Part shown: piece by piece, positions 16,001 through 32,100 of the stretch | Layout: every line of letters begins with the position of its first letter | Numbering within the stretch: position 1 is the first letter of the stretch | DNA from: Eledone cirrhosa | Taxonomy: Eukaryota | Assembly: GCA_964016885.1 (NCBI GenBank) | Contig: OZ024744.1 | Coordinates: forward strand, 122,574,001-122,638,000 | DNA length: 64,000 nucleotides | Direction: 5' to 3' | Notes under the pieces: generated by a model | What the model was told of the DNA's origin: nothing | The model's database searches: none | What the model saw: only the letters and a program-made list of their open reading frames with translations | Program-made: the position numbers and the translations under genes

Positions 16001-19000
16001 ACACCAATGACACATAAACAGACTTTAACCATGTGATGGACTGGTGTCCTGTCAAGGAGGAAGTCTTGTACTCTGTCATTTAACACCAATGACACTAAGA
16101 CAGACTTTAACCATGTGATGGACTGGTGTCCTGTCCAGGGGGAAGTCTTGTACTCTCCGTCACTTAACACGAATGACACGAAAACAGACTTTATCCATGT
16201 GATGCACTGGTGTCCTGTCGAGGGAGAAGTCTTGTACTCTGTCACTTAACACCAATGACACTAAGACAGACTTTAACCATGTAATGGGCTGGTGTCCTTT
16301 CCAGGGACAAGTCTTGTACTCTGTCACTTAACACCAATGACACTAAGACAGACTTTAGCCTTGTGATGCACTGGTGTCTTGTCCAGGGACAGGTCTTGTA
16401 CTCTGTCAATTAACACCAATGACACAAAGACAGTCTCTAAAGATGTGATGGACTGGTGTCCTGTCCAGGGGGAAGTCTTGTACTCTGTCACTTAACCCCA
16501 ATGACACTAAGACAGACTTTAACCATGTGATGGACTGGTGTCCTGTCCAGGGGGAAGTCTTGTACTCTGTCACTTAACACCAATGACACTAAGATGGACT
16601 GGTGTCCTGTCCAGGGGGAAGTCTTGTACTCTGTCACTTAACACTAATGACACTAAGATAGACTTTAACCTTGTGATGGACTGGTGTCCTGTCCAGGGGC
16701 AAGTCTTGTACTCTTTCACTTAACACTAATGACATTAAGACAGACTTTAACATTGTGATGGACTGGTGTCCTGTCCCGGGGGAAGTATTGTACTCTCAGT
16801 CACTTAACACCAATGACAATAAGACAGACGTTAACCATGTGATGGACTGGCGTCCTGTCCAGGAGGAAGTCTTGTACTCTGTCACTTAACACCAATGACA
16901 CTAAGACAGACTTTAACCTTGAGATGCACTGGAGTCCTGTCCAGGAGAAGTCTTGTACTCTGTCACTTAACACCAATGACACTAAGACAGACTTTAACCA
17001 TGTGATGGACTGGTGTCCTGTCCAGGGGCAAGTCTTTTACTCTCCGTCACTTAACACGAATGACACGAAGACAGACTTTATCCATGTGATGCACTGGTGT
17101 CCTGTCGAGGGAGAAGTCTTGTACTCTGTCACTTAACACCAATGACACTAAGACAGACTTTAACCTTGTGATGCACTGGTGTCCTGTCCAGGGGGAAGTT
17201 TTGTAATCTGTCACTTAACACCAATGACACTAAGACAGACATTATCCATGTGATGCACTGGTGTCCTGTCCAGGGGTAAGTCTTGTACTCTCAGCCACTT
17301 AACACTAATGACACTAAGACAGACTTTAAACTTGTGATGGACTGGTGTCCTGTCCAGTGGGAAGTATTGTACTCTCAGTCACTTAACATCAATGACACTA
17401 AGATAGACTTTAACCATGTAATGGACTGGTGTCCTTTCCAGGGACAAGTCTTGTACTCTGTCACTTAACACCATGACACTAAGACAGACTTTAGCCTTGT
17501 GATGCACTGGTGTCCTGTCCAGGGACAGGTCTTGTACTCTGTCACTTAACACCAATGACACTAAGACAGACTTTAACCATGTGATGGACTGGTGTCCTGT
17601 CCAGGGGGAAGTCTTGTACTCTGTCACTTAACCCCAATGACACTAAGACAGACTTTAACCATGTGATGGACTGTTGTCCTGTCCAGGGGGAAGTCTTGTA
17701 CTCTGTCATTTAACACCAATGACACTAAGACAGACTTTAACCATGTGATGGACTGGTGTCCTGTCCAGGGGGAAGTCTTGTACTCTGTCACTTAACACCA
17801 ATGACACTAAGACAGACTTTAACCATGTGATGGACTGGTGTCCTGTCCAGGGGGAAGTCTTGTACTCTGTCACTTAACCCCAATGACACTAAGACAGACT
17901 TTAACCATGTGATGGACTGTTGTCCTGTCCAGGGGGAAGTCTTGTACTCTGTCATTTAACACCAATGACACTAAGTAAGACTTTAACCTTGTAATGGACT
18001 GGTGTCCTGTCCAGGGGGAAGTCTTGTACTCTCAGCCACGTAACACTAATGACACTAAGACAGACTTTAACCTTGTGATGGACTGGTGTCCTGTCCAGGG
18101 GGAAGTATTGTACTCTCAGTCACTTAACACCAATGACACTAAGACAGACTTTAACCATGTGATGGACTGGTGTCCTGTCCAGGGGGAAGTTTTGTACTCT
18201 ATCACATAACACTAATGACACTAAGACAGACTTTAACCTTGTGATGGACTGGTGTCCTGTCCAGGGGGAAGTATTGTACTCTGTCACATAACACTAATGA
18301 CACTAAGACAGACTTTAACCTTGTGATGGACTGGTGTCCTGTCCAGGGGGAAGTATTGTACTCTGTCACTTAACACCAATGACACTAAGACAGACTTTAA
18401 CCATGTGATGGACTGGTGTCCTGTCCAGGGACAAGTCTTGTACTCTGTCACTTAACACCAATGACACTAAGACAAACTCTAAACATGCAATGGACTGGTG
18501 TCTTGTCCAGGGGGAAGTCTTGTACTCTGTCACTTAACACCAATGACACTAAGACAGACTTTAACCTTGTGCTGGACTGGTGTCCTGTCCAGGGACAGGT
18601 CTTGTACTTTGTCACTTAACACCAATGACACTAAGACAGACTTTATCCATGTGATGCACTGGTGTCCTATCCAGGAGAAGTCTTGTACTCTCCGTCACTT
18701 AACACCAATGACACTAAGACAGACTTTAACCTTATGATGCACTGGTGTCCTGTCAAGGAGGAAGTCTTGTACTCTGTCACTTAAGACCAATGACACTAAG
18801 ACAGACTTTAACCTTGAGATGCACTGGAGTCCTGTCCAGGAGAAGTCTTGTACTCTGTCACTTAACACCAATGACACTAAGACAGACTTTAACCTTGTGC
18901 TGGACTGGTGTCCTGTCCAGGGACAGGTCTTGTACTCTGTCACTTAACACCAATGACACTAAGACAGACTTTATCCATGTGATGCACTGGTGTCCTATCC

Positions 19001-22000
19001 AGGAGAAGTCTTGTACTCTCCGTCACTTAACACGAATGACACGAAGACAGACTTTATCCATGTGATGCACTGGTGTCCTGTCGAGGGAGAAGTCTTGTAC
19101 TCTGTCACTTAACACCAATGACACTAAGACAGACTTTAACCTTGTGATGCACTGGTGTCCTGTCCAGGGGGAAGTTTTGTAATCTGTCACTTAACACCAA
19201 TGACACTAAGACAGACATTATCCATGTGATGCACTGGTGTCTTGTCCAGGGGGAAGTCTTGTACTCTCAGCCACTTAACACTAATGACACTAAGACAGAC
19301 TTTAAACTTGTGATGGACTGGTGTCCTGTCCAGTGGAAAGTATTGTACTCTCAGTCACTTAACATCAATGACACTAAGATAGACTTTAACCATGTAATGG
19401 ACTGGTGTCCTTTCCAGGGACAAGTCTTGTACTCTGTCACTTAACACCATGACACTAAGACAGACTTTAGCCTTGTGATGCACTGGTGTCCTGTCCAGGG
19501 ACAGGTCTTGTACTCTGTCACTTAACACCAATGACACTAAGACAGGCTCTAAAGATGTGATGGACTGGTGTCCTGTCCAGGGGGAAGTCTTGTACTCTGT
19601 CACTTAACCCCAATGACACTAAGACAGACTTTAACCATGTGATGGACTGGTGTCCTGTCCAGGGGGAAGTCTTGTACTCTGTCACTTAACACCAATGACA
19701 CTAAGACAGACTTTAACCATGTGATGGACTGGTGTCCTGTCCAGGGGGAAGTCTTGTACTCTGTCACTTAACCCCAATGACACTAAGACAGACTTTAACC
19801 ATGTGATGGACTGTTGTCCTGTCCAGGGGGAAGTCTTGTACTCTGTCATTTAACACCAATGACACTAAGTAAGACTTTAACATTGTAATGGACTGGTGTC
19901 CTGTCCAGGGGGAAGTCTTGTACTCTCAGCCACGTAACACTAATGACACTAAGACAGACTTTAACCTTGTGATGGACTGGTGTCCTGTCAAGGGGGAAGT
20001 ATTGTACTCTCAGTCACTTAACACCAATGACACTAAGACAGACTTTAACCATGTGATGGACTGGTGTCCTGTCCAGGGGGAAGTTTTGTACTCTATCACA
20101 TAACACTAATGACACTAAGACAGACTTTAACCTTGTGATGGACTGGTGTCCTGTCCAGGGGGAAGTCTTGTACTCCGTCACTTAACACCAATGACACTAA
20201 GACAAACTTTAACCTTGTGATGCACTGGTGTCCTGTCCAGGGGGAAGTCTTGTAATCTGTCACTTAACACCAATGACACTAAGACAGACTTTAACCTTGT
20301 GATGGACTGGTGTCCTGTCAAGGAGGAAGTCTTGTACTCTGTCACTTAACACCAATTACACTAAGACAGACTTTATCCATGTGATGCACTGGTGTCCTGT
20401 CGAGGGAGAAGTCTTGTACTCTGTCACTTAACCCCAATGACACTAAGACAGACTTTAACCATGTGATGAACTGTTGTCCTGTCCAGGGGGAAGTCGTGTA
20501 CTCTGTCACTTAACACCAATGACACTAAGACAGACTTTATCCATGTGATGCACTGGTGTTCTCTCCAGGAGGAAGTCTTGTACTCTGTCACTTAACACTA
20601 ATGACACTAAGACAGACTTTAACCTTGTGATGGACTGGTGTCCTGTCAAGGAGGAAGTCTTGTACTCTGTCACTTAACACCAAGGACACTAAGACAGACT
20701 TTAACCTTGTGATGGACGGGTGTCCTGTCCAGGGGGAAGTCTTGTACTCTGTCACTTAAGACCAATGACACTAAGACAGACTTTAACCATGTGATGTACT
20801 TGTCTACTGTCCAGGGGGAAGTCTTGTACTCTGTCACTTAACACCAATGACACTAAGACAGACTTTAACCATGTGATGCACTGGTGTCCTGTCCAGCAGA
20901 AGTCTTGTACTCTGTCACTTAACACCAATGACACTAAGACAGACTTTAACCATGTGATGGACTGGTGTCCTGTCCAGGGGCAAGTCTTTTACTCTCCGTC
21001 ACTTAACACGAATGACACGAAGACAGACTTTATCCATGTGATGCACTGGTGTCCTGTCGAGGGAGAAGTCTTGTACTCTGTCACTTAACACCAATGACAC
21101 TAAGACAGACTTTAACCTTGTGATGCACTGGTGTCCTGTCCAGGGGGAAGTTTTGTAATCTGTCACTTAACACCAATGACACTAAGACAGACATTATCCA
21201 TGTGATGCACTGGTGTCCTGTCCAGGGGTAAGTCTTGTACTCTCAGCCACTTAACACTAATGACACTAAGACAGACTTTAAACTTGTGATGGACTGGTGT
21301 CCTGTCCAGTGGGAAGTATTGTACTCTCAGTCACTTAACATCAATGACACTAAGATAGACTTTAACCATGTAATGGACTGGTGTCCTTTCCAGGGACAAG
21401 TCTTGTACTCTGTCACTTAACACCATGACACTAAGACAGACTTTAGCCTTGTGATGCACTGGTGTCCTGTCCAGGGACAGGTCTTGTACTCTGTCACTTA
21501 ACACCAATGACACTAAGACAGACTTTAACCATGTGATGGACTGGTGTCCTGTCCAGGGGGAAGTCTTGTACTCTGTCACTTAACCCCAATGACACTAAGA
21601 CAGACTTTAACCATGTGATGGACTGTTGTCCTGTCCAGGGGGAAGTCTTGTACTCTGTCATTTAACACCAATGACACTAAGACAGACTTTAACCATGTGA
21701 TGGACTGGTGTCCTGTCCAGGGGGAAGTCTTGTACTCTGTCACTTAACACCAATGACACTAAGACAGACTTTAACCATGTGATGGACTGGTGTCCTGTCC
21801 AGGGGGAAGTCTTGTACTCTGTCACTTAACCCCAATGACACTAAGACAGACTTTAACCATGTGATGGACTGTTGTCCTGTCCAGGGGGAAGTCTTGTACT
21901 CTGTCATTTAACACCAATGACACTAAGTAAGACTTTAACCTTGTAATGGACTGGTGTCCTGTCCAGGGGGAAGTCTTGTACTCTCAGCCACGTAACACTA

Positions 22001-25000
22001 ATGACACTAAGACAGACTTTAACCTTGTGATGGACTGGTGTCCTGTCCAGGGGGAAGTATTGTACTCTCAGTCACTTAACACCAATGACACTAAGACAGA
22101 CTTTAACCATGTGATGGACTGGTGTCCTGTCCAGGGGGAAGTTTTGTACTCTATCACATAACACTAATGACACTAAGACAGACTTTAACCTTGTGATGGA
22201 CTGGTGTCCTGTCCAGGGGGAAGTATTGTACTCTGTCACATAACACTAATGACACTAAGACAGACTTTAACCTTGTGATGGACTGGTGTCCTGTCCAGGG
22301 GGAAGTATTGTACTCTGTCACTTAACACCAATGACACTAAGACAGACTTTAACCATGTGATGGACTGGTGTCCTGTCCAGGGACAAGTCTTGTACTCTGT
22401 CACTTAACACCAATGACACTAAGACAAACTCTAAACATGCAATGGACTGGTGTCTTGTCCAGGGGGAAGTCTTGTACTCTGTCACTTAACACCAATGACA
22501 CTAAGACAGACTTTAACCTTGTGCTGGACTGGTGTCCTGTCCAGGGACAGGTCTTGTACTTTGTCACTTAACACCAATGACACTAAGACAGACTTTATCC
22601 ATGTGATGCACTGGTGTCCTATCCAGGAGAAGTCTTGTACTCTCCGTCACTTAACACCAATGACACTAAGACAGACTTTAACCTTATGATGCACTGGTGT
22701 CCTGTCAAGGAGGAAGTCTTGTACTCTGTCACTTAAGACCAATGACACTAAGACAGACTTTAACCTTGAGATGCACTGGAGTCCTGTCCAGGAGAAGTCT
22801 TGTACTCTGTCACTTAACACCAATGACACTAAGACAGACTTTAACCTTGTGCTGGACTGGTGTCCTGTCCAGGGACAGGTCTTGTACTCTGTCACTTAAC
22901 ACCAATGACACTAAGACAGACTTTATCCATGTGATGCACTGGTGTCCTATCCAGGAGAAGTCTTGTACTCTCCGTCACTTAACACGAATGACACGAAGAC
23001 AGACTTTATCCATGTGATGCACTGGTGTCCTGTCGAGGGAGAAGTCTTGTACTCTGTCACTTAACACCAATGACACTAAGACAGACTTTAACCTTGTGAT
23101 GCACTGGTGTCCTGTCCAGGGGGAAGTTTTGTAATCTGTCACTTAACACCAATGACACTAAGACAGACATTATCCATGTGATGCACTGGTGTCTTGTCCA
23201 GGGGGAAGTCTTGTACTCTCAGCCACTTAACACTAATGACACTAAGACAGACTTTAAACTTGTGATGGACTGGTGTCCTGTCCAGTGGAAAGTATTGTAC
23301 TCTCAGTCACTTAACATCAATGACACTAAGATAGACTTTAACCATGTAATGGACTGGTGTCCTTTCCAGGGACAAGTCTTGTACTCTGTCACTTAACACC
23401 ATGACACTAAGACAGACTTTAGCCTTGTGATGCACTGGTGTCCTGTCCAGGGACAGGTCTTGTACTCTGTCACTTAACACCAATGACACTAAGACAGGCT
23501 CTAAAGATGTGATGGACTGGTGTCCTGTCCAGGGGGAAGTCTTGTACTCTGTCACTTAACCCCAATGACACTAAGACAGACTTTAACCATGTGATGGACT
23601 GGTGTCCTGTCCAGGGGGAAGTCTTGTACTCTGTCACTTAACACCAATGACACTAAGACAGACTTTAACCATGTGATGGACTGGTGTCCTGTCCAGGGGG
23701 AAGTCTTGTACTCTGTCACTTAACCCCAATGACACTAAGACAGACTTTAACCATGTGATGGACTGTTGTCCTGTCCAGGGGGAAGTCTTGTACTCTGTCA
23801 TTTAACACCAATGACACTAAGTAAGACTTTAACATTGTAATGGACTGGTGTCCTGTCCAGGGGGAAGTCTTGTACTCTCAGCCACGTAACACTAATGACA
23901 CTAAGACAGACTTTAACCTTGTGATGGACTGGTGTCCTGTCCAGGGGGAAGTATTGTACTCTCAGTCACTTAACACCAATGACACTAAGACAGACTTTAA
24001 CCATGTGATGGACTGGTGTCCTGTCCAGGGGGAAGTTTTGTACTCTATCACATAACACTAATGACACTAAGACAGACTTTAACCTTGTGATGGACTGGTG
24101 TCCTGTCCAGGGGGAAGTCTTGTACTCCGTCACTTAACACCAATGACACTAAGACAAACTTTAACCTTGTGATGCACTGGTGTCCTGTCCAGGGGGAAGT
24201 CTTGTAATCTGTCACTTAACACCAATGACACTAAGACAGACTTTAACCTTGTGATGGACTGGTGTCCTGTCAAGGAGGAAGTCTTGTACTCTGTCACTTA
24301 ACACCAATTACACTAAGACAGACTTTATCCATGTGATGCACTGGTGTCCTGTCGAGGGAGAAGTCTTGTACTCTGTCACTTAACCCCAATGACACTAAGA
24401 CAGACTTTAACCATGTGATGAACTGTTGTCCTGTCCAGGGGGAAGTCGTGTACTCTGTCACTTAACACCAATGACACTAAGACAGACTTTATCCATGTGA
24501 TGCACTGGTGTTCTCTCCAGGAGGAAGTCTTGTACTCTGTCACTTAACACTAATGACACTAAGACAGACTTTAACCTTGTGATGGACTGGTGTCCTGTCA
24601 AGGAGGAAGTCTTGTACTCTGTCACTTAACACCAAGGACACTAAGACAGACTTTAACCTTGTGATGGACGGGTGTCCTGTCCAGGGGGAAGTCTTGTACT
24701 CTGTCACTTAAGACCAATGACACTAAGACAGACTTTAACCATGTGATGTTCTTGTCTACTGTCCAGGGGGAAGTCTTGTACTCTGTCACTTAACACCAAT
24801 GACACTAAGACAGACTTTAACCATGTGATGCACTGGTGTCCTGTCCAGCAGAAGTCTTGTACTCTGTCACTTAACACCAATGACACTAAGACAGACTTAA
24901 CCTTGTGATGGACTGGTGTCCCGTTCAGGGGGAAGTCTTGTACTATGTCACTTAACACCAATGACACTAAGACAGACTTTAACCTGGTGATGGACTGGTG

Positions 25001-26100
25001 TCCTGTCCAGGGGGAAGTCTTGTACTCTGTCATTTAACACCAATGACACTAAGACAGACTTTAACCATGTGATGTACTTGTCTCCTGTCCAGGGGGAAGT
25101 CTTGTACTCTGTCACTTAACACCAATGACACTAAGACAGACTTTAACCATGTGATGCACTGGTGTCCTGTCCACCAGAAGTCTTGTACTCTGTCACTTAA
25201 CACCAATGACACTAAGACAGACTTTAACCTTGTGATGGACTGGTGTCCTGTCCAGGGGGAAGTCTTGTACTCTGTCACTTAACACCAATGACACTAAGAC
25301 AGACTTTAACCTGGTGATGGACTGGTGTCCTGTCCAGGGGGAAGTCTTGTACTCTGTCATTTAACACCAATGACACTAAGATTGACTTTAACCATGTGAT
25401 GGACTGGTGTCCTGTCCAGGGGGAAGTCTTGTACTCTGTCACTTAACACCAATGACACTAAGACAGACTTTAACCATGTGATGGACTGGTGTCCTGTCCA
25501 GGGGGAAGTCTTGTACTCTGTGACTTAACACCAATGACACTAAGACAGTCGTTAACCTTGTAATGGACTGGTGTCCTGTCCAGGGGGAAATCTTGTACTC
25601 TCAGTGACTTAACACCAATGACACTAAGACAGACTTTAACCATGTGATGGACTGGTGTCCTGTCCAGGGCCAAGTCTTGTACTCTGTCACTTAACACCAA
25701 TGACACTAAGACAGACTTCAGCCTTGTGATGCACTGGTGTCCTGTCCAGGGACAGGTCTTGTACTCTGTCACTTAACACCATGGACACTAAGACAGGTTC
25801 TAAAGATGTGATGCACTGGTGTCCTGTCAAGGAGGAAGTCTTGTACTCTGTCACTTAACACCAATGACACTAGGACAGACTTTAACCTTGAGATGCACTG
25901 GTGTCCTGTCCAGGAGAAGTCTTGTACTCTGTCACTTAACACCAATGACACATAAACAGACTTTAACCATGTGATGGACTGGTGTCCTGTCAAGGAGGAA
26001 GTCTTGTACTCTGTCATTTAACACCAATGACACTAAGACAGACTTTAACCATGTGATGGACTGGTGTCCTGTCCAGGGGGAAGTCTTGTACTCTGTCACT
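10090..26100. repeat. Higher-order repeat domain with 6068/5986-bp and 3952-bp duplications
   Basis: Pairs 10470/16538, 10856/16924 and 11926/17994 are 6068 apart. Pairs 12430/18416 and 13902/19888 are 5986 apart (one monomer fewer). Pairs 17283/21235, 18416/22368 and 19888/23840 are 3952 apart. Confidence 0.88.
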
Positions 26101-29100
26101 TAACCCCAATGACACTAAGACAGACTTTAACCATGTGATGGACTGTTGTCCTGTCCAGGGGGAAGTCTTGTACTCTGTCATTTAACACCAATGACACTAA
26201 GTAAGACTTTAACATTGTAATGGACTGGTGTCCTGTCCAGGGGGAAGTCTTGTACTCTCAGCCACGTAACACTAATGACACTAAGACAGACTTTAACCTT
26301 GTGATGGACTGGTGTCCTGTCCAGGGGGAAGTATTGTACTCTCAGTCACTTAACACCAATGACACTAAGACAGACTTTAACCATGTGATGGACTGGTGTC
26401 CTGTCCAGGGGGAAGTTTTGTACTCTATCACATAACACTAATGACACTAAGACAGACTTTAACCTTGTGATGGACTGGTGTCCTGTCCAGGGGGAAGTCT
26501 TGTACTCCGTCACTTAACACCAATGACACTAAGACAAACTTTAACCTTGTGATGCACTGGTGTCCTGTCCAGGGGGAAGTCTTGTAATCTGTCACTTAAC
26601 ACCAATGACACTAAGACAGACTTTAACCTTGTGATGGACTGGTGTCCTGTCAAGGAGGAAGTCTTGTACTCTGTCACTTAACACCAATTACACTAAGACA
26701 GACTTTATCCATGTGATGCACTGGTGTCCTGTCGAGGGAGAAGTCTTGTACTCTGTCACTTAACCCCAATGACACTAAGACAGACTTTAACCATGTGATG
26801 AACTGTTGTCCTGTCCAGGGGGAAGTCGTGTACTCTGTCACTTAACACCAATGACACTAAGACAGACTTTATCCATGTGATGCACTGGTGTTCTCTCCAG
26901 GAGGAAGTCTTGTACTCTGTCACTTAACACTAATGACACTAAGACAGACTTTAACCTTGTGATGGACTGGTGTCCTGTCAAGGAGGAAGTCTTGTACTCT
27001 GTCACTTAACACCAAGGACACTAAGACAGACTTTAACCTTGTGATGGACGGGTGTCCTGTCCAGGGGGAAGTCTTGTACTCTGTCACTTAACACCAATGA
27101 CACTAAGACAGACTTTAACCATGTGATGTACTTGTCTACTGTCCAGGGGGAAGTCTTGTACTCTGTCACTTAACACCAATGACACTAAGACAGACTTTAA
27201 CCATGTGATGCACTGGTGTCCTGTCCAGCAGAAGTCTTGTACTCTGTCACTTAACACCAATGACACTAAGACAGACTTAACCTTGTGATGGACTGGTGTC
27301 CCGTTCAGGGGGAAGTCTTGTACTCTGTCACTTAACACCAATGACACTAAGACAGACTTTAACCTGGTGATGGACTGGTGTCCTGTCCAGGGGGAAGTCT
27401 TGTACTCTGTCATTTAACACCAATGACACTAAGACAGACTTTAACCATGTGATGTACTTGTCTCCTGTCGAGGGGGAAGTCTTGTACTCTGTCACTTAAC
27501 ACCAATGACACTAAGACAGACTTTAACCATGTGATGCACTGGTGTCCTGTCCAGCAGAAGTCTTGTACTCTGTCACTTAACACCAATGACACTAAGACAG
27601 ACTTTAACCTTGTGATGGACTGGTGTCCTGTCCAGGGGGAAGTCTTGTACTCTGTCACTTAACACCAATGACACTAAGACAGACTTTAACCTGGTGATGG
27701 ACTGGTGTCCTGTCCAGGGGGAAGTCTTGTACTCTGTCATTTAACACCAATGACACTAAGATTGACTTTAACCATGTGATGGACTGGTGTCCTGTCCAGG
27801 GGGAAGTCTTGTACTCTGTCACTTAACACCAATGACACTAAGACAGACTTTAACCATGTGATGGACTGGTGTCCTGTCCAGGGGGAAGTCTTGTACTCTG
27901 TGACTTAACACCAATGACACTAAGACAGTCGTTAACCTTGTAATGGACTGGTGTCCTGTCCAGGGGGAAATATTGTACTCTCAGTGACTTAACACCAATG
28001 ACACTAAGACAGACTTTAACCATGTGATGGACTGGTGTCCTGTCCAGGGCCAAGTCTTGTACTCTGTCACTTAACACCAATGACACTAAGACAGACTTCA
28101 GCCTTGTGATGCACTGGTATCCTGTCCAGGGACAGGTCTTGTACTCTGTCACTTAACACCATGGACACTAAGACAGGTTCTAAAGATGTGATGCACTGGT
28201 GTCCTGTCAAGGAGGAAGTCTTGTACTCTGTCACTTAACACCAATGACACTAGGACAGACTTTAACCTTGAGATGCACTGGTGTCCTGTCCAGGAGAAGT
28301 CTTGTACTCTGTCACTTAACACCAATGACACATAAACAGACTTTAACCATGTGATGGACTGGTTTCCTGTCAAGGAGGAAGTCTTGTACTCTGTCACTTA
28401 ACCCCAATGACACTAAGACAGACTTTAACCATGTGATGGACTGTTGTCCTGTCCAGGGGGAAGTCTTGTACTCTGTCATTTAACACCAATGACACTAAGT
28501 AAGACTTTAACATTGTAATGGACTGGTGTCCTGTCCAGGGGGAAGTCTTGTACTCTCAGCCACGTAACACCAATGACACTAAGACAGACTTTAACCTGGT
28601 GATGGACTGGTGTCCTGTCCAGGGGGAAGTCTTGTACTCTGTCATTTAACACCAATGACACTAAGATTGACTTTAACCATGTGATGGACTGGTGTCCTGT
28701 CCAGGGGGAAGTCTTGTACTCTGTCACTTAACACCAATGACACTAAGACAGACTTTAACCATGTGATGGACTGGTGTCCTGTCCAGGGGGAAGTCTTGTA
28801 CTCTGTGACTTAACACCAATGACACTAAGACAGTCGTTAACCTTGTAATGGACTGGTGTCCTGTCCAGGGGGAAATCTTGTACTCTCAGTGACTTAACAC
28901 CAATGACACTAAGACAGACTTTAACCATGTGATGGACTGGTGTCCTGTCCAGGGCCAAGTCTTGTACTCTGTCACTTAACACCAATGACACTAAGACAGA
29001 CTTCAGCCTTGTGATGCACTGGTGTCCTGTCCAGGGACAGGTCTTGTACTCTGTCACTTAACACCATGGACACTAAGACAGGTTCTAAAGATGTGATGCA

Positions 29101-32100
29101 CTGGTGTCCTGTCAAGGAGGAAGTCTTGTACTCTGTCACTTAACACCAATGACACTAGGACAGACTTTAACCTTGAGATGCACTGGTGTCCTGTCCAGGA
29201 GAAGTCTTGTACTCTGTCACTTAACACCAATGACACATAAACAGACTTTAACCATGTGATGGACTGGTGTCCTGTCAAGGAGGAAGTCTTGTACTCTGTC
29301 ATTTAACACCAATGACACTAAGACAGACTTTAACCATGTGATGGACTGGTGTCCTGTCCAGGGGGAAGTCTTGTACTCTGTCACTTAACCCCAATGACAC
29401 TAAGACAGACTTTAACCATGTGATGGACTGTTGTCCTGTCCAGGGGGAAGTCTTGTACTCTGTCATTTAACACCAATGACACTAAGTAAGACTTTAACAT
29501 TGTAATGGACTGGTGTCCTGTCCAGGGGGAAGTCTTGTACTCTCAGCCACGTAACACTAATGACACTAAGACAGACTTTAACCTTGTGATGGACTGGTGT
29601 CCTGTCCAGGGGGAAGTATTGTACTCTCAGTCACTTAACACCAATGACACTAAGACAGACTTTAACCATGTGATGGACTGGTGTCCTGTCCAGGGGGAAG
29701 TTTTGTACTCTATCACATAACACTAATGACACTAAGACAGACTTTAACCTTGTGATGGACTGGTGTCCTGTCCAGGGGGAAGTCTTGTACTCCGTCACTT
29801 AACACCAATGACACTAAGACAAACTTTAACCTTGTGATGCACTGGTGTCCTGTCCAGGGGGAAGTCTTGTAATCTGTCACTTAACACCAATGACACTAAG
29901 ACAGACTTTAACCTTGTGATGGACTGGTGTCCTGTCAAGGAGGAAGTCTTGTACTCTGTCACTTAACACCAATTACACTAAGACAGACTTTATCCATGTG
30001 ATGCACTGGTGTCCTGTCGAGGGAGAAGTCTTGTACTCTGTCACTTAACCCCAATGACACTAAGACAGACTTTAACCATGTGATGAACTGTTGTCCTGTC
30101 CAGGGGGAAGTCGTGTACTCTGTCACTTAACACCAATGACACTAAGACAGACTTTATCCATGTGATGCACTGGTGTTCTCTCCAGGAGGAAGTCTTGTAC
30201 TCTGTCACTTAACACTAATGACACTAAGACAGACTTTAACCTTGTGATGGACTGGTGTCCTGTCAAGGAGGAAGTCTTGTACTCTGTCACTTAACACCAA
30301 GGACACTAAGACAGACTTTAACCTTGTGATGGACGGGTGTCCTGTCCAGGGGGAAGTCTTGTACTCTGTCACTTAACACCAATGACACTAAGACAGACTT
30401 TAACCATGTGATGTACTTGTCTACTGTCCAGGGGGAAGTCTTGTACTCTGTCACTTAACACCAATGACACTAAGACAGACTTTAACCATGTGATGCACTG
30501 GTGTCCTGTCCAGCAGAAGTCTTGTACTCTGTCACTTAACACCAATGACACTAAGACAGACTTAACCTTGTGATGGACTGGTGTCCCGTTCAGGGGGAAG
30601 TCTTGTACTCTGTCACTTAACACCAATGACACTAAGACAGACTTTAACCTGGTGATGGACTGGTGTCCTGTCCAGGGGGAAGTCTTGTACTCTGTCATTT
30701 AACACCAATGACACTAAGACAGACTTTAACCATGTGATGTACTTGTCTCCTGTCGAGGGGGAAGTCTTGTACTCTGTCACTTAACACCAATGACACTAAG
30801 ACAGACTTTAACCATGTGATGCACTGGTGTCCTGTCCAGCAGAAGTCTTGTACTCTGTCACTTAACACCAATGACACTAAGACAGACTTTAACCTTGTGA
30901 TGGACTGGTGTCCTGTCCAGGGGGAAGTCTTGTACTCTGTCACTTAACACCAATGACACTAAGACAGACTTTAACCTGGTGATGGACTGGTGTCCTGTCC
31001 AGGGGGAAGTCTTGTACTCTGTCATTTAACACCAATGACACTAAGATTGACTTTAACCATGTGATGGACTGGTGTCCTGTCCAGGGGGAAGTCTTGTACT
31101 CTGTCACTTAACACCAATGACACTAAGACAGACTTTAACCATGTGATGGACTGGTGTCCTGTCCAGGGGGAAGTCTTGTACTCTGTGACTTAACACCAAT
31201 GACACTAAGACAGTCGTTAACCTTGTAATGGACTGGTGTCCTGTCCAGGGGGAAATCTTGTACTCTCAGTGACTTAACACCAATGACACTAAGACAGACT
31301 TTAACCATGTGATGGACTGGTGTCCTGTCCAGGGCCAAGTCTTGTACTCTGTCACTTAACACCAATGACACTAAGACAGACTTCAGCCTTGTGATGCACT
31401 GGTATCCTGTCCAGGGACAGGTCTTGTACTCTGTCACTTAACACCATGGACACTAAGACAGGTTCTAAAGATGTGATGCACTGGTGTCCTGTCAAGGAGG
31501 AAGTCTTGTACTCTGTCACTTAACACCAATGACACTAGGACAGACTTTAACCTTGAGATGCACTGGTGTCCTGTCCAGGAGAAGTCTTGTACTCTGTCAC
31601 TTAACACCAATGACACATAAACAGACTTTAACCATGTGATGGACTGGTTTCCTGTCAAGGAGGAAGTCTTGTACTCTGTCACTTAACCCCAATGACACTA
31701 AGACAGACTTTAACCATGTGATGGACTGTTGTCCTGTCCAGGGGGAAGTCTTGTACTCTGTCATTTAACACCAATGACACTAAGTAAGACTTTAACATTG
31801 TAATGGACTGGTGTCCTGTCCAGGGGGAAGTCTTGTACTCTCAGCCACGTAACACTAATGACACTAAGACAGACTTTAACCTTGTGATGGACTGGTGTCC
31901 TGTCCAGGGGGAAGTATTGTACTCTCAGTCACTTAACACCAATGACACTAAGACAGACTTTAACCATGTGATGGACTGGTGTCCTGTCCAGGGGGAAGTT
32001 TTGTACTCTATCACATAACACTAATGACACTAAGACAGACTTTAACCTTGTGATGGACTGGTGTCCTGTCCAGGGGGAAGTCTTGTACTCCGTCACTTAA

